A DNA stretch of 26,865 nt from the NCBI GenBank assembly GCA_038213805.1, contig JBBQSO010000073.1, positions 1 through 26,865 on the forward strand, in the 5' to 3' direction. This document shows positions 26,858 through 26,865 of the stretch, piece by piece. The stretch comes from Planctomycetota bacterium (GTDB lineage Bacteria; Planctomycetota; UBA11346). The notes beneath the pieces are model-generated. The model did no database searches. It had not been told where the DNA came from and was given only the letters and a program-made list of their open reading frames with translations. The position numbers and the translations under genes are program-made. The first letter of the stretch is position 1. Every line of letters begins with the position of its first letter.

Positions 26858-26865
26858 AGGGCACT

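Noticed and set aside
25737..26864. N-terminal extension of the 712-aa ORF, including (SAISHQP)n
   Set aside because: It translates the microsatellite and the antisense of the cytochrome gene. The epimerase has its own RBS and family-typical start at 25736.

Overview
GC-rich bacterial window, probably from the PVC superphylum (Planctomycetota-like; inferred from two PVC-type CxxCH heme-domain proteins). Left to right it holds: a fructan/fructose block (partial PfkB kinase, secreted GH32, AraC regulator); a 1159-aa PVC-type beta-propeller/HEAT/cytochrome c protein with a divergent AraC; threonine aldolase and a small exported hypothetical; a cobamide-salvage island (cobU-cobT-cobS divergent from a cobalamin riboswitch leading btuB and a BtuCDF-like ABC importer); an nfeD-nfeD-floA(yqfA)-yqfB-like operon; PPi-type phosphofructokinase; an MFS transporter; a ketose 3-epimerase-family enzyme with a histone-H1-like tail; and a stand-alone exported monoheme cytochrome. 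The window ends in an 18-copy ATGGCTG array. The least explained signals are: (1) three families of 7-bp tandem repeats at six sites, one inside btuB and one forming an inverted pair; (2) the 56-aa Lys/Ala tail on the epimerase; (3) an uncharacterised domain shared by the GH32 and the heme protein. No rRNA, tRNA, CRISPR or transposase was recognised. All calls come from reading motifs by eye; no searches were run.
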